From the IMG/VR virus record IMGVR_UViG_3300030107_007281: a stretch of 64,000 nucleotides of DNA; one strand, written 5' to 3'. Under the pieces are notes generated by a model. It made no database searches, was not told where the DNA came from, and saw only the letters and a program-made list of their open reading frames with translations. Position 1 is the stretch's first letter, and each line of letters begins with the position of its first letter. Shown piece after piece: positions 1 through 7,968 of the stretch. Both the position numbers and the translations under genes were made by a program. This DNA comes from an uncultured virus (IMG/VR IMGVR_UViG_3300030107_007281). Its lineage: Duplodnaviria; Heunggongvirae; Uroviricota; Caudoviricetes.

Positions 1-478
1 TGTTAAAAGACGGTATAATTACTCTACCGCCGAAACGACCATCATCGCAATAACCAATCTTCCATTTCAAAATTTGCTCTCTGGCGATGCCTCTTAATTG
101 AAGATAGTTAAGAACTCTTTTGGAAGATCGAGGAAGTCGTTTGTTGCAGAGAGAGATAAATTCTTTAGGCAATTCAATTACTTGCTCTTCTTCTACATCA
201 TTCATTTCTGCGAAGATGTTCTCAAACTCATCAAGATCAAGACGACCTTCAAGTTCAAGCCACTTTTGTCGTTGTTGATATGTTCCAAACTTACGAACAA
301 GACGATAGATGTTCTTGCCTCTTGAATCACAGATCCAACATTTCCAAAAACCTTTCGCAAAGTTAACAGATAGCTTCTTTTTGTGATGATTACAAAAAGG
401 ACAAGAAAACAAATGCTCATCGCGAGAACGACGAGACGAACCAAGTATTTGGTGAATGATTTTTCTTTTTTCTTCCAT
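1..478 (-). CDS. DNA primase (DnaG-like), N-terminal part; runs off window start
   Basis: Not in the ORF track. Manual translation from ATG at 478 (GGAGG upstream) gives MEEKRKII...FSCPFCNHHKKKLSVN...WKCWICDSRG...YLQLRGI...WKIGYC...GRVIIPSFN: a Zn-ribbon plus the YLxxRGI and GRxxIP primase motifs. Confidence 0.9.
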   Translation of the reverse strand, partial: MEEKRKIIHQILGSSRRSRDEHLFSCPFCNHHKKKLSVNFAKGFWKCWICDSRGKNIYRLVRKFGTYQQRQKWLELEGRLDLDEFENIFAEMNDVEEEQVIELPKEFISLCNKRLPRSSKRVLNYLQLRGIAREQILKWKIGYCDDGRFGGRVIIPSFN

Positions 479-495
479 GTTGCCCTCCAAAGAAC

Positions 496-523
496 AACAT
501 AACATATTATATTAATTTGTCAA
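496..523 (-). promoter_or_regulatory. Putative sigma70-type promoter for primase (TTGACA-16-TATGTT with extended TG)
   Basis: Minus strand TTGACA at 523-518, then TG-n-TATGTT at 501-496; the -10 is imperfect. Confidence 0.55.
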
Positions 524-1134
524 GAAGAAACGACTATTCTCATAAAATCATCATACATAGCTGGGAGTGGGAGGGCCTTTTCTACCTCTTCTTTATTTCC
601 ATCAGCAATAGCATTTCTTAAATTTGTGGCTGATATTTCATCGGCATTAACTGTAATTGGGGGAACATCTGTTTCAGCATTATTATAATCTTTTGTTATC
701 TTTGCGAACTTCTCTCCGCGACCAGCATCTTTTGACGAATGACCAAGGGCAAATATCTTACCTTGGAACAAAGCAGGGTCGGCATCCTTTACAAAATCAA
801 TCGCATCGGCAAATGGGTTTTCGTATTCTTTACCTTTACTTGAGATTCTTGAAGAAGATCTGAGTAATTCAACCTTGGGATCATTCAAAACTCCATAAAG
901 TTCAAACACTTTAATAGTTTTATCGACATCAAAAGACATCGTTCCGTCGTTGCTTTGTCTCGGAGCCGAGCCAACAAATACAAACACCTTCTCAACATCG
1001 GGATGTTCAGCATATTTTCTGATCATTTGAAGGTGACCTTTATGTGGGGGCTTATATCCACCGGGCAAAAGAATAATATATTTATCTTTGTCCTCGGTTA
1101 GAAACCTTCTCCAATCTTCAAACAACTTTTTCAC
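520..1134 (-). CDS. HIGH-family nucleotidyltransferase (cytidylyl/adenylyltransferase-like) with N-terminal leader
   Basis: PGGYKPPHKGH (HxGH) and C-terminal ISATNLR motifs. Likely GTG start at 1134 overlapping the upstream TGA (GTGA), with GGAGG about 8 nt upstream. Confidence 0.75.
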   Translation of the reverse strand: MKKLFEDWRRFLTEDKDKYIILLPGGYKPPHKGHLQMIRKYAEHPDVEKVFVFVGSAPRQSNDGTMSFDVDKTIKVFELYGVLNDPKVELLRSSSRISSKGKEYENPFADAIDFVKDADPALFQGKIFALGHSSKDAGRGEKFAKITKDYNNAETDVPPITVNADEISATNLRNAIADGNKEEVEKALPLPAMYDDFMRIVVSS

Positions 1135-1472
1135 AACATTGCCTCCCTCTTTTCGTACTCTGCCATGATAGTATATAGATTTCCAAGCCAATCTGCTCCT
1201 AAATACATAACAGGTATTCCTATCATTTCAAGAGCCAATTCTATTCCATTATTTTCTACTTTTTCTAAGAAAGCATATTTTAATATCTCTGCTCTTTCAA
1301 CAACAAGTTTTTCATAGTTTGGATCACTTTCATCAATACTTGTATCTTGATAAGCTATATCTTCAAACCATTTATAAAGATCCATAGAGGCTTTGTTAAA
1401 AGCATAACGATGCAAATTAACTACCTTTGATTCATCAACATATTTACGCCATGTTTCAAAAAGTGATTTCAT
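1131..1472 (-). CDS. Hypothetical protein with MKxLFExWR leader (putative head-packaged protein)
   Basis: 113-aa ORF in the operon; N-terminus MKSLFETWRKYVDE resembles that of the downstream gene. Confidence 0.7.
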   Translation of the reverse strand: MKSLFETWRKYVDESKVVNLHRYAFNKASMDLYKWFEDIAYQDTSIDESDPNYEKLVVERAEILKYAFLEKVENNGIELALEMIGIPVMYLGADWLGNLYTIMAEYEKREAML

Positions 1473-1478
1473 AACATA

Positions 1479-1994
1479 TTAATAATTTTCCAACTTAATT
1501 ATCAAAGTTCCGGGGTGAGTGTGTCTGTCCGTTTCTCCAAATTTAACTTTGTATTTAGGGTTGATACTATTTAATTCTTTTTGAAATTTTGATTCCAAAG
1601 AGTCATAGTTTTTTAAAACTTTACTCAAAACATCAGATGAAACTGGGTTGCCCTCGGGGCCGATAATTTGAATTACTGGTAGCATTTTAGGGTTCTCATG
1701 GTTTAACACAGTGTTAATTTCAGCATCAATATTGAATTTTTCAAATGTATTATTGACTGCTCTCTCTGTTGCGCCTTTAAATGTTTTAAAATTCTGCTGC
1801 ATTTGTTGCTCAACATTATGTGATGACGATTGGCCTGTTTGATCGGCGTGGGCTGGGGATCCCATTCCTATGGTCATTAGACCAGCAAGGGTCCACTCTT
1901 TCCAACCTTCATCTAATTGTTGTTTTTGTGAAATACCAAATTTTTCACATAGCAAACGATTAAGTTCTTTATTTTTCCACTCTCTTAAAGACAT
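1479..1994 (-). CDS. Hypothetical protein, putative virion/ejected protein with internal signal-like segment
   Basis: GAGG SD, upstream CTAATTA motif, and the segment LDE-GWKEWTLAGLMTIGMGSPAHA. Confidence 0.7.
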   Translation of the reverse strand: MSLREWKNKELNRLLCEKFGISQKQQLDEGWKEWTLAGLMTIGMGSPAHADQTGQSSSHNVEQQMQQNFKTFKGATERAVNNTFEKFNIDAEINTVLNHENPKMLPVIQIIGPEGNPVSSDVLSKVLKNYDSLESKFQKELNSINPKYKVKFGETDRHTHPGTLIIKLENY

Positions 1995-2017
1995 AATAAA
2001 TCCTCTTAATTTATTCT

Positions 2018-2025
2018 TAATTAGT
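2018..2025 (-). promoter_or_regulatory. Putative late promoter core ACTAATTA
   Basis: Recurs in short intergenic gaps upstream of structural genes (also 3764, 5918, 26964, 37353). Confidence 0.5.
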
Positions 2026-2570
2026 TATGAATTTAGAATTATTCCCGCTAGAGCAACAACAACAGCATCGGCTTTATCATCTGTTCCCGGTTTAGGATTT
2101 CCATATCTTGTAAGATCGTAATTAAAATCGTCTGGATATTCATTTTTAACCCACTCTATAACTTTCTTTTTTGTGTCTTCGCCTCTTTTGATTTTGAGCC
2201 CAACAGCACCTCTTGCTTTGTTTGCAGCAATCAACTCAGCATCAAAGCCAAACTGTTTTCTTACCATATAAGATATCATTCCATTGAATCGTTGAAGTTT
2301 ACTCATCGTCATAGCGGTTGTCTTTCCACCGGAGAACATCATAAACGGAGACTCAATGTAAATTTTGGTGATATTATATCTACCTTTCTTATTAATATAA
2401 TTTTCTGAATTAAGAGAAGACAGGATATGCTCTACGGCCAAGCACCTATCTTCTAATGAGGTTTTGTTATCTAATTTTATTGTTTGAGATTTTACGAGGT
2501 TTTTGTTAGTGTCAAGTATAGATAACCCTAATTTACTTGTGCTAACATCCAAGCCTAAAATATAATTCAT
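2025..2570 (-). CDS. RuvC-like Holliday junction resolvase
   Basis: ILGLDVSTSKLG, IYIESP and DDKADAVVVA supply the RuvC acidic catalytic residues; likely start ATG 2570. Confidence 0.85.
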   Translation of the reverse strand: MNYILGLDVSTSKLGLSILDTNKNLVKSQTIKLDNKTSLEDRCLAVEHILSSLNSENYINKKGRYNITKIYIESPFMMFSGGKTTAMTMSKLQRFNGMISYMVRKQFGFDAELIAANKARGAVGLKIKRGEDTKKKVIEWVKNEYPDDFNYDLTRYGNPKPGTDDKADAVVVALAGIILNS

Positions 2571-2577
2571 AAGTGTT

Positions 2578-2606
2578 ATTATAACACAAGAAAAATTAGA
2601 TGTCAA
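2578..2606 (-). promoter_or_regulatory. Consensus sigma70 promoter TTGACA-17-TATAAT (extended -10) for RuvC
   Basis: Minus strand TTGACA tctaatttttcttgtgt TATAAT, ending 7 nt before the ATG. Confidence 0.85.
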
Positions 2607-3747
2607 GTTTTAATTTAAAAGTATACTGGTCATCTTCTGTCTTGCGAACAGGGGTGGCCATTTTTGCTATTCCAATGAGATTTCGGTCTTTATCATAAAT
2701 TCCGACTTTCGATATATAAATTGTTTTTTCAAACTTTGGCACCTGATCTGTGAAAGAAGAGCTTACAATATTTTTAATTTCACTTATATCTTCAATATAT
2801 GTATTAGAAGAGGCAGTCGTTGATATTTTTGTTGGTGACACCACAAATGTTGGATTCGTTGAGTGGTTTAATTCACCATATCTAGCATGTGCAAACATAG
2901 TCATTGTTTGTATATTATTTATTCCTTTATATTCTAAGGAAAAACTAGACGACAGGCTGCTTAATTCCGACAAGCTGTTTCCGTCATTTGCGCCGAAGCC
3001 AAAATATATCCATTTTGAGTTGTCAACAACATCATATTGTATCGAATGATTATCTAAACTCCAACTACCAGTTAATGATATAAGACCTTCGTTATATAAT
3101 ATCGAGCCTGCTACGGAACCCGAACCGGTAGATCCCTCTGGTCCAACTTGGACTAAATCGCCATTGAATCTTGAATCTTGCAATTGCCCGACAAGCGTAC
3201 CAGAAACATAATATTTTAAATCAACAGAACCCTTCTTTATCGAAGAACCATAAAAAATTGATGGTACTGCGATCAAGTTTATTGTTTGAGTTGCTTTGTC
3301 TCCGAACGATGAAGAATATTGGTATTGTGGCGACAAATAAGAATAATGATTGAAAACATTCTCTAAGGCTTTTATTCTATTTCTTGTTGTTGTATTATAA
3401 TAAAGTCTAGTAATACTAGCAGACATATTATATGAAGATGTAATCACTGTGCCGTAAGTTTGATAGTTAAAAGAGCCGCTGGCTGTTTTGTTAAACCTCA
3501 TGCGAGGGCCGCTTTTAATTATAAATGGGCGAATTTGATTAGAAACGCCAGAGATCCTATCAATATTATATTCGTATAATGAAATAAATCCCTTTGGCAC
3601 TCCAATAATATTATCGGTATTTGATCCAGAAAAATGCGGATAATTATTTATATAAATCGATCCGCTCTGAATATAAAATTTGAAATCAGGATGTGTTTCT
3701 ACCGTATTTATAAAAAGATCATCTTCTTTAAATTTAAAATAAGCCAT
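2596..3747 (-). CDS. Virion structural protein (tail/baseplate; tail-collar-like C-terminus)
   Basis: C-terminal ISKVGIYDKDRNLIGIAKMATPVRKT...FKLKLD is paralogous to 3794..4903; beta-rich and Ser-rich. Confidence 0.65.
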   Translation of the reverse strand: MAYFKFKEDDLFINTVETHPDFKFYIQSGSIYINNYPHFSGSNTDNIIGVPKGFISLYEYNIDRISGVSNQIRPFIIKSGPRMRFNKTASGSFNYQTYGTVITSSYNMSASITRLYYNTTTRNRIKALENVFNHYSYLSPQYQYSSSFGDKATQTINLIAVPSIFYGSSIKKGSVDLKYYVSGTLVGQLQDSRFNGDLVQVGPEGSTGSGSVAGSILYNEGLISLTGSWSLDNHSIQYDVVDNSKWIYFGFGANDGNSLSELSSLSSSFSLEYKGINNIQTMTMFAHARYGELNHSTNPTFVVSPTKISTTASSNTYIEDISEIKNIVSSSFTDQVPKFEKTIYISKVGIYDKDRNLIGIAKMATPVRKTEDDQYTFKLKLDI

Positions 3748-3763
3748 CTATCAACCTCTCTCT

Positions 3764-3771
3764 TAAATAGT
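3764..3771 (-). promoter_or_regulatory. Putative late promoter core ACTATTTA
   Basis: Intergenic, upstream of the GAGG SD and the ATG at 3747. Confidence 0.5.
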
Positions 3772-3793
3772 TTTATTGAGGTTTATTGATAAA

Positions 3794-4903
3794 TCAGTAA
3801 TCCAATCTAACGCGAATTGTAAATTCATTATCTGGTGTCTTTTTAAGGGGTTCTGATAATTTAGCGACTGCCATCAATTCATCATTAGGGCTGTAAAGCC
3901 CAACTGTTGTGATGTAAGAGACAGGAACATCTGTTACCTCTGATTTAACACGAATCTTGCTACCAGTTAAATATGTTGGGTTCGATGAATAATTAAACTC
4001 AGTATTGTTTACACGACAGAAATAAACTGCTGAGTTAAGTTCAACTGTATTATTGAATTGAATATTATGAATTCTCGTTCTAAGTGCATCGGCGGCACCA
4101 GAAATTTGTGAACCAGTTACAAATGGAAACCCAACAGGACCCTGTAATGGCCCCATGTTACACGACCCGGAACTGTCATTTAATATTCCACCATCGGCTT
4201 CATCTGTAAAGATAGACCCAGTAAGAACAGCAACGCCAGCCTGATAAAATACCAATCCGACCGGTGTTGACTGGCCATCCGGCGCAAGGTGAGGATTCAT
4301 CACATGGGTCGGACCAGCACTCTGAGTTGCGTATAAAATACCATATTCCCCAACTGGTGAATTAACCAAATAGCTATTGGAACCGCTCGCGTCTGTGATC
4401 TTTATTCTATTATTAAAGACCGACCCATCTTCGGCGTAAGCAGATTTGACGCCAAGTTCCAATTGAAAGGATCCTTTTTTAATCTCATCTTTAACAAGAA
4501 GCCTAGAAAAGTTCATAAAATAAGCTTCTTTTATCTTTGTTCCACCGGCCAACAGATCACCGTCAGCGTCAAATTCTAAAACATTACCATCAGCATCATA
4601 TCCCATAAGAACTTGTGCCATTTGGGTATAGATATTGATCTTCTTAGCGTTTTGTGCATTAGCGGCTCCCGATAAACCAGATAAACTTGAATAACCACAT
4701 GTTATATCAAAAACGTGGTTAGCGGAAGAACTTAGATAAGGATAATCATAAGTTGATTGAAACATCCCGTGAGAAAAATTCTTGACGTTTTCAACGCCAT
4801 ATGTACCAGATACAATTGTTCCGGTTAGTGGAATAGCCTCATGTAATAAGGTTCTAGAATTAACTTTATCGCTAGGACTAAGGGGTTTAAAAAATTGCGC
4901 CAT
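3794..4903 (-). CDS. Virion structural protein (tail/baseplate; tail-collar-like C-terminus)
   Basis: FNYSSNPT...YITTVGLYSPNDELMAVAKLSEPLKKT...IRVRLDY; paralog of 2596..3747. Confidence 0.65.
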   Translation of the reverse strand: MAQFFKPLSPSDKVNSRTLLHEAIPLTGTIVSGTYGVENVKNFSHGMFQSTYDYPYLSSSANHVFDITCGYSSLSGLSGAANAQNAKKINIYTQMAQVLMGYDADGNVLEFDADGDLLAGGTKIKEAYFMNFSRLLVKDEIKKGSFQLELGVKSAYAEDGSVFNNRIKITDASGSNSYLVNSPVGEYGILYATQSAGPTHVMNPHLAPDGQSTPVGLVFYQAGVAVLTGSIFTDEADGGILNDSSGSCNMGPLQGPVGFPFVTGSQISGAADALRTRIHNIQFNNTVELNSAVYFCRVNNTEFNYSSNPTYLTGSKIRVKSEVTDVPVSYITTVGLYSPNDELMAVAKLSEPLKKTPDNEFTIRVRLDY

Positions 4904-4917
4904 ATTTTACTCTCTCG

Positions 4918-5883
4918 TTATTGAATTATTTTAACAAATCTTACCGGTATATCAATTGTATACCCTGTTGACATTCCTGTTATTCTAACCATTGTATCTA
5001 TAAAACGACAGGATTGTGAGGCACCGGAACGATTTGTTAAAGTTGTTGTTCCACCAAGTTGTGTAAATAAATAGGTGCTTTGTTGTAGATTTAAACTAGC
5101 TCCTATTTTAAAATTCAAAAAAGTTCCTCTTGGACCTTTTATAATTTGTGTTGTATTTGTTGTTGTATTATTATTTGTCGCGACGATGCCGCCGCCGGTA
5201 CTAATCATGTAAGATGCTATACTGTCATCATCAATAAATTGAGGACCAACCTGTGTGTTGCCAACTGTAATAAGAGTGCCTAATCTGCTATCCATCTGAA
5301 CTATATATGAACTATCAATTAAATCAGCTATCAAATTAGTTGCTGTTGGTGGGACCTCGGTTGTATCAAGACCTTGATCAACTCTAATGCCGTTTTGAGA
5401 ATCAGTCACACTTTGCCCCAACATGATTCCTTGAACTGGGCTTCCGCTTGAATCAAAGCCAATGCCATTTGGTTCGTTTGTAGTCTTACCTTCGGTTGCC
5501 TCATCAACAGCAACTAAAAATGCCCCAGAAGGATCATGTTTTCCACATCTAAGACCAGCTTGTGTTCCGCCGGGGTTTTCTGGATTTATTTTTAATACCG
5601 GAAGATAAAGCAAATTCATGTTATCCATAATAAATAATTTTGTCTTCATTGAAGATGCATTATTAGTAAATGATTCAAGAACTGGTGTTTGCAAAATCTC
5701 TAAATCATAATATGCTGACCCTGACGGATGATTAAAATTGTAGGATGCATAATTAATTTCCTCGTCTCCAAGGGCAAATTTTGAAATTCGGAAACTACCA
5801 TCGCCCTTTGAAAGTTCCTGTCTTCCGTGATCTGTTAAAACGGCATCAAGTATAATGTCGCCACTGTTATCTAAAAAAGCCAT
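4918..5883 (-). CDS. Virion structural protein (LTxxGR N-terminal family)
   Basis: ILDAVLTDHGRQELSKG...ISKFALGDEEINY resembles tail-collar/baseplate N-termini; paralog of 10959..11843; AGGAG SD. Confidence 0.65.
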   Translation of the reverse strand: MAFLDNSGDIILDAVLTDHGRQELSKGDGSFRISKFALGDEEINYASYNFNHPSGSAYYDLEILQTPVLESFTNNASSMKTKLFIMDNMNLLYLPVLKINPENPGGTQAGLRCGKHDPSGAFLVAVDEATEGKTTNEPNGIGFDSSGSPVQGIMLGQSVTDSQNGIRVDQGLDTTEVPPTATNLIADLIDSSYIVQMDSRLGTLITVGNTQVGPQFIDDDSIASYMISTGGGIVATNNNTTTNTTQIIKGPRGTFLNFKIGASLNLQQSTYLFTQLGGTTTLTNRSGASQSCRFIDTMVRITGMSTGYTIDIPVRFVKIIQ

Positions 5884-5917
5884 TAATTAAACTCCTAAAT
5901 GTATTATTTTCTCATAA

Positions 5918-5924
5918 TAAATAG
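5918..5924 (-). promoter_or_regulatory. Putative late promoter core CTATTTA
   Basis: In the 42-nt gap upstream of 5883. Confidence 0.5.
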
Positions 5925-5925
5925 A

Positions 5926-7968
5926 TTATACGTTAAAATCTGCTTCACTTTTCTCTGTAACGAGGTTAACTTTAATGTTAAAGTCAATAATTTTACCACT
6001 ATCATTCGATCTCACTCTAAATTTAAATTTTCTACCCCAAATAGAGTTGTTGTTGCTAGCTGCTGTATATAAACTGTTTTCGGGTGTGGGACCTTCGGCA
6101 GTGTCTTGATCATTGAGTAGGTTTGTTGTTAAATTTACTTGCTCTACTTTTTGTTTAAAAGTTGGTATATCACCGGCCACTTCTACACCAGAATAGTCAA
6201 ACTGAGTTTGTAGATGAGATACTTCAAGTTTCATCAAACTTTTGAAATTTATCATTTTAGTATTTGTTTGATCACTAGGATCAGACTGGGACATGGGGAT
6301 TGCTTTAACTGCCACTTTAACCTCATCAGCGTCTTTTAACATTTCCACTTCATAAACGGTAGTTGGATTGGAAAATGACCCAAACTCATTAAACGTCCTA
6401 AAAGTATAATAATATTTTGTACTTGGTTTGATTTTATCCATTATAATCATATTGGGTTGTTCATTAGTATTTTCAAAGAAGCCTATCTCATTCCCTTCAA
6501 AATCCCCATATGTTGTTGGTTTTTTTAAGGTTCTGAATATTTGGAATGTAGCATTTTGTTTTCTATATTTAAATAAAACATCACCATTATCAAATATACC
6601 GTTCGATGGTAGATTTCTATCATCAGTCGATAATATGTTTATTGGCTTTGTTCTCTGTTGTCCTCGATCCAATTCTAAATATATTTTTAATTCCCCTGTT
6701 GTTGCTTTACTATAAAAAGAAACAGACGGCGGCATTGGAGGAAAATATATATTATACATTGAGTCTTCAAAAATTGTCTCTTGATAAATGTTTATTTTTG
6801 GTCTTATATTTACATTGCATGTGGCATATTCTGAAACTGAATAATAATCTGTAAAAAAATATTCATAACCAACAGTAGCATAATACATCTTAACGCGATA
6901 ATAATAAATACGATCTTGCAAAATTTGAGAATCTATAAATTCATTTGAAGAGTTGGGTTTTGCTGGTATTAAAAATACTTGTTGTGGGCGGCCTTGGGGC
7001 TGAGATGAAAACCATTTTTCAACTTTATAAAATAAAACTTCACCGGGCGTGTCAACTCCACGCAAAATCTGTTCAAATGACAGTCCAGATGTTGACAGTT
7101 GTTTCTTTATTTGCCCAAGGGCGAGGGTCTGAGTACTATCGGGTACAATTGAGTTGCCAATCATTTGTGATAGATCGGGTAAATTTTGATCATTGGATAA
7201 AAGCCCACTGAGCATATCAAGAATATCTGGTGCCAATGGATCAACTACTGATGGGGTCAGGGTGGCTCCGAAAAGATAATATTTGTCCTCATCAACTGGT
7301 ATACTATAATTGTCTACTAACATTTTAAAATCTAGTTCTCTACCGTTACTAAGATTCCTTAATATATCACTATAATCAGAAAGTAAAATATTGACTCTTG
7401 GATATATATTAAAATTTTTATTTAGGTCATATAGTTTTTTAGTCAAAAGACCGGTGGTCTGATTTGTCATTGTTAGATGATTGTATATAAACAATTCTTC
7501 TCTTAATAAACTGGCATATGTTTCTGGTTCATTTTTAAAAACAATAGTTTTTGCTTGATTGGCGGGTGGTCTTGGATCAATAGTATTATGAGTGTCAAAT
7601 CCAGAGTAATAAGATATTAAATTAACCGTTAAATTTTTATCAGCTTGGTTGTTTTCAATTTCGTTTCTAACTGTTTCTATATTATATCTAGGGTAACCCA
7701 TTGGGGGAACAATAGAATTGGAATTTACGGACAATGGCTTGGGTAAGCTACTATTAATATACAAGTTAATATTTTGCATATCGGATTTAAACTGCTCTTC
7801 GAATTCTTTATGAAAATTAGGGCTCTTCTCAAACTGAACTTTGTATCTTCTATGGTAAACATCGCCCATATCTTCATCTGGTAGTGGAGTTATAGTGTCA
7901 ATTCTCACCATTCCTCTTCCGTTATTAAAAACATTTTCAGTTTTTTTATTTATAGTAATTATACTCAT
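5926..7968 (-). CDS. Putative virion protein with fibronectin type III-like repeats
   Basis: FIDSQILQDRIYYYRVK and MDKIKPSTKYYYTFRTFNEFGSFSNP resemble FN3 Tyr-corner strands. Confidence 0.55.
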   Translation of the reverse strand: MSIITINKKTENVFNNGRGMVRIDTITPLPDEDMGDVYHRRYKVQFEKSPNFHKEFEEQFKSDMQNINLYINSSLPKPLSVNSNSIVPPMGYPRYNIETVRNEIENNQADKNLTVNLISYYSGFDTHNTIDPRPPANQAKTIVFKNEPETYASLLREELFIYNHLTMTNQTTGLLTKKLYDLNKNFNIYPRVNILLSDYSDILRNLSNGRELDFKMLVDNYSIPVDEDKYYLFGATLTPSVVDPLAPDILDMLSGLLSNDQNLPDLSQMIGNSIVPDSTQTLALGQIKKQLSTSGLSFEQILRGVDTPGEVLFYKVEKWFSSQPQGRPQQVFLIPAKPNSSNEFIDSQILQDRIYYYRVKMYYATVGYEYFFTDYYSVSEYATCNVNIRPKINIYQETIFEDSMYNIYFPPMPPSVSFYSKATTGELKIYLELDRGQQRTKPINILSTDDRNLPSNGIFDNGDVLFKYRKQNATFQIFRTLKKPTTYGDFEGNEIGFFENTNEQPNMIIMDKIKPSTKYYYTFRTFNEFGSFSNPTTVYEVEMLKDADEVKVAVKAIPMSQSDPSDQTNTKMINFKSLMKLEVSHLQTQFDYSGVEVAGDIPTFKQKVEQVNLTTNLLNDQDTAEGPTPENSLYTAASNNNSIWGRKFKFRVRSNDSGKIIDFNIKVNLVTEKSEADFNV

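Noticed and set aside
98..444. ORFs 98..325 (+) and 202..444 (-), the latter looking like a membrane protein
   Set aside because: Both overlap the primase reading frame, which has clear motifs, an SD and a promoter.
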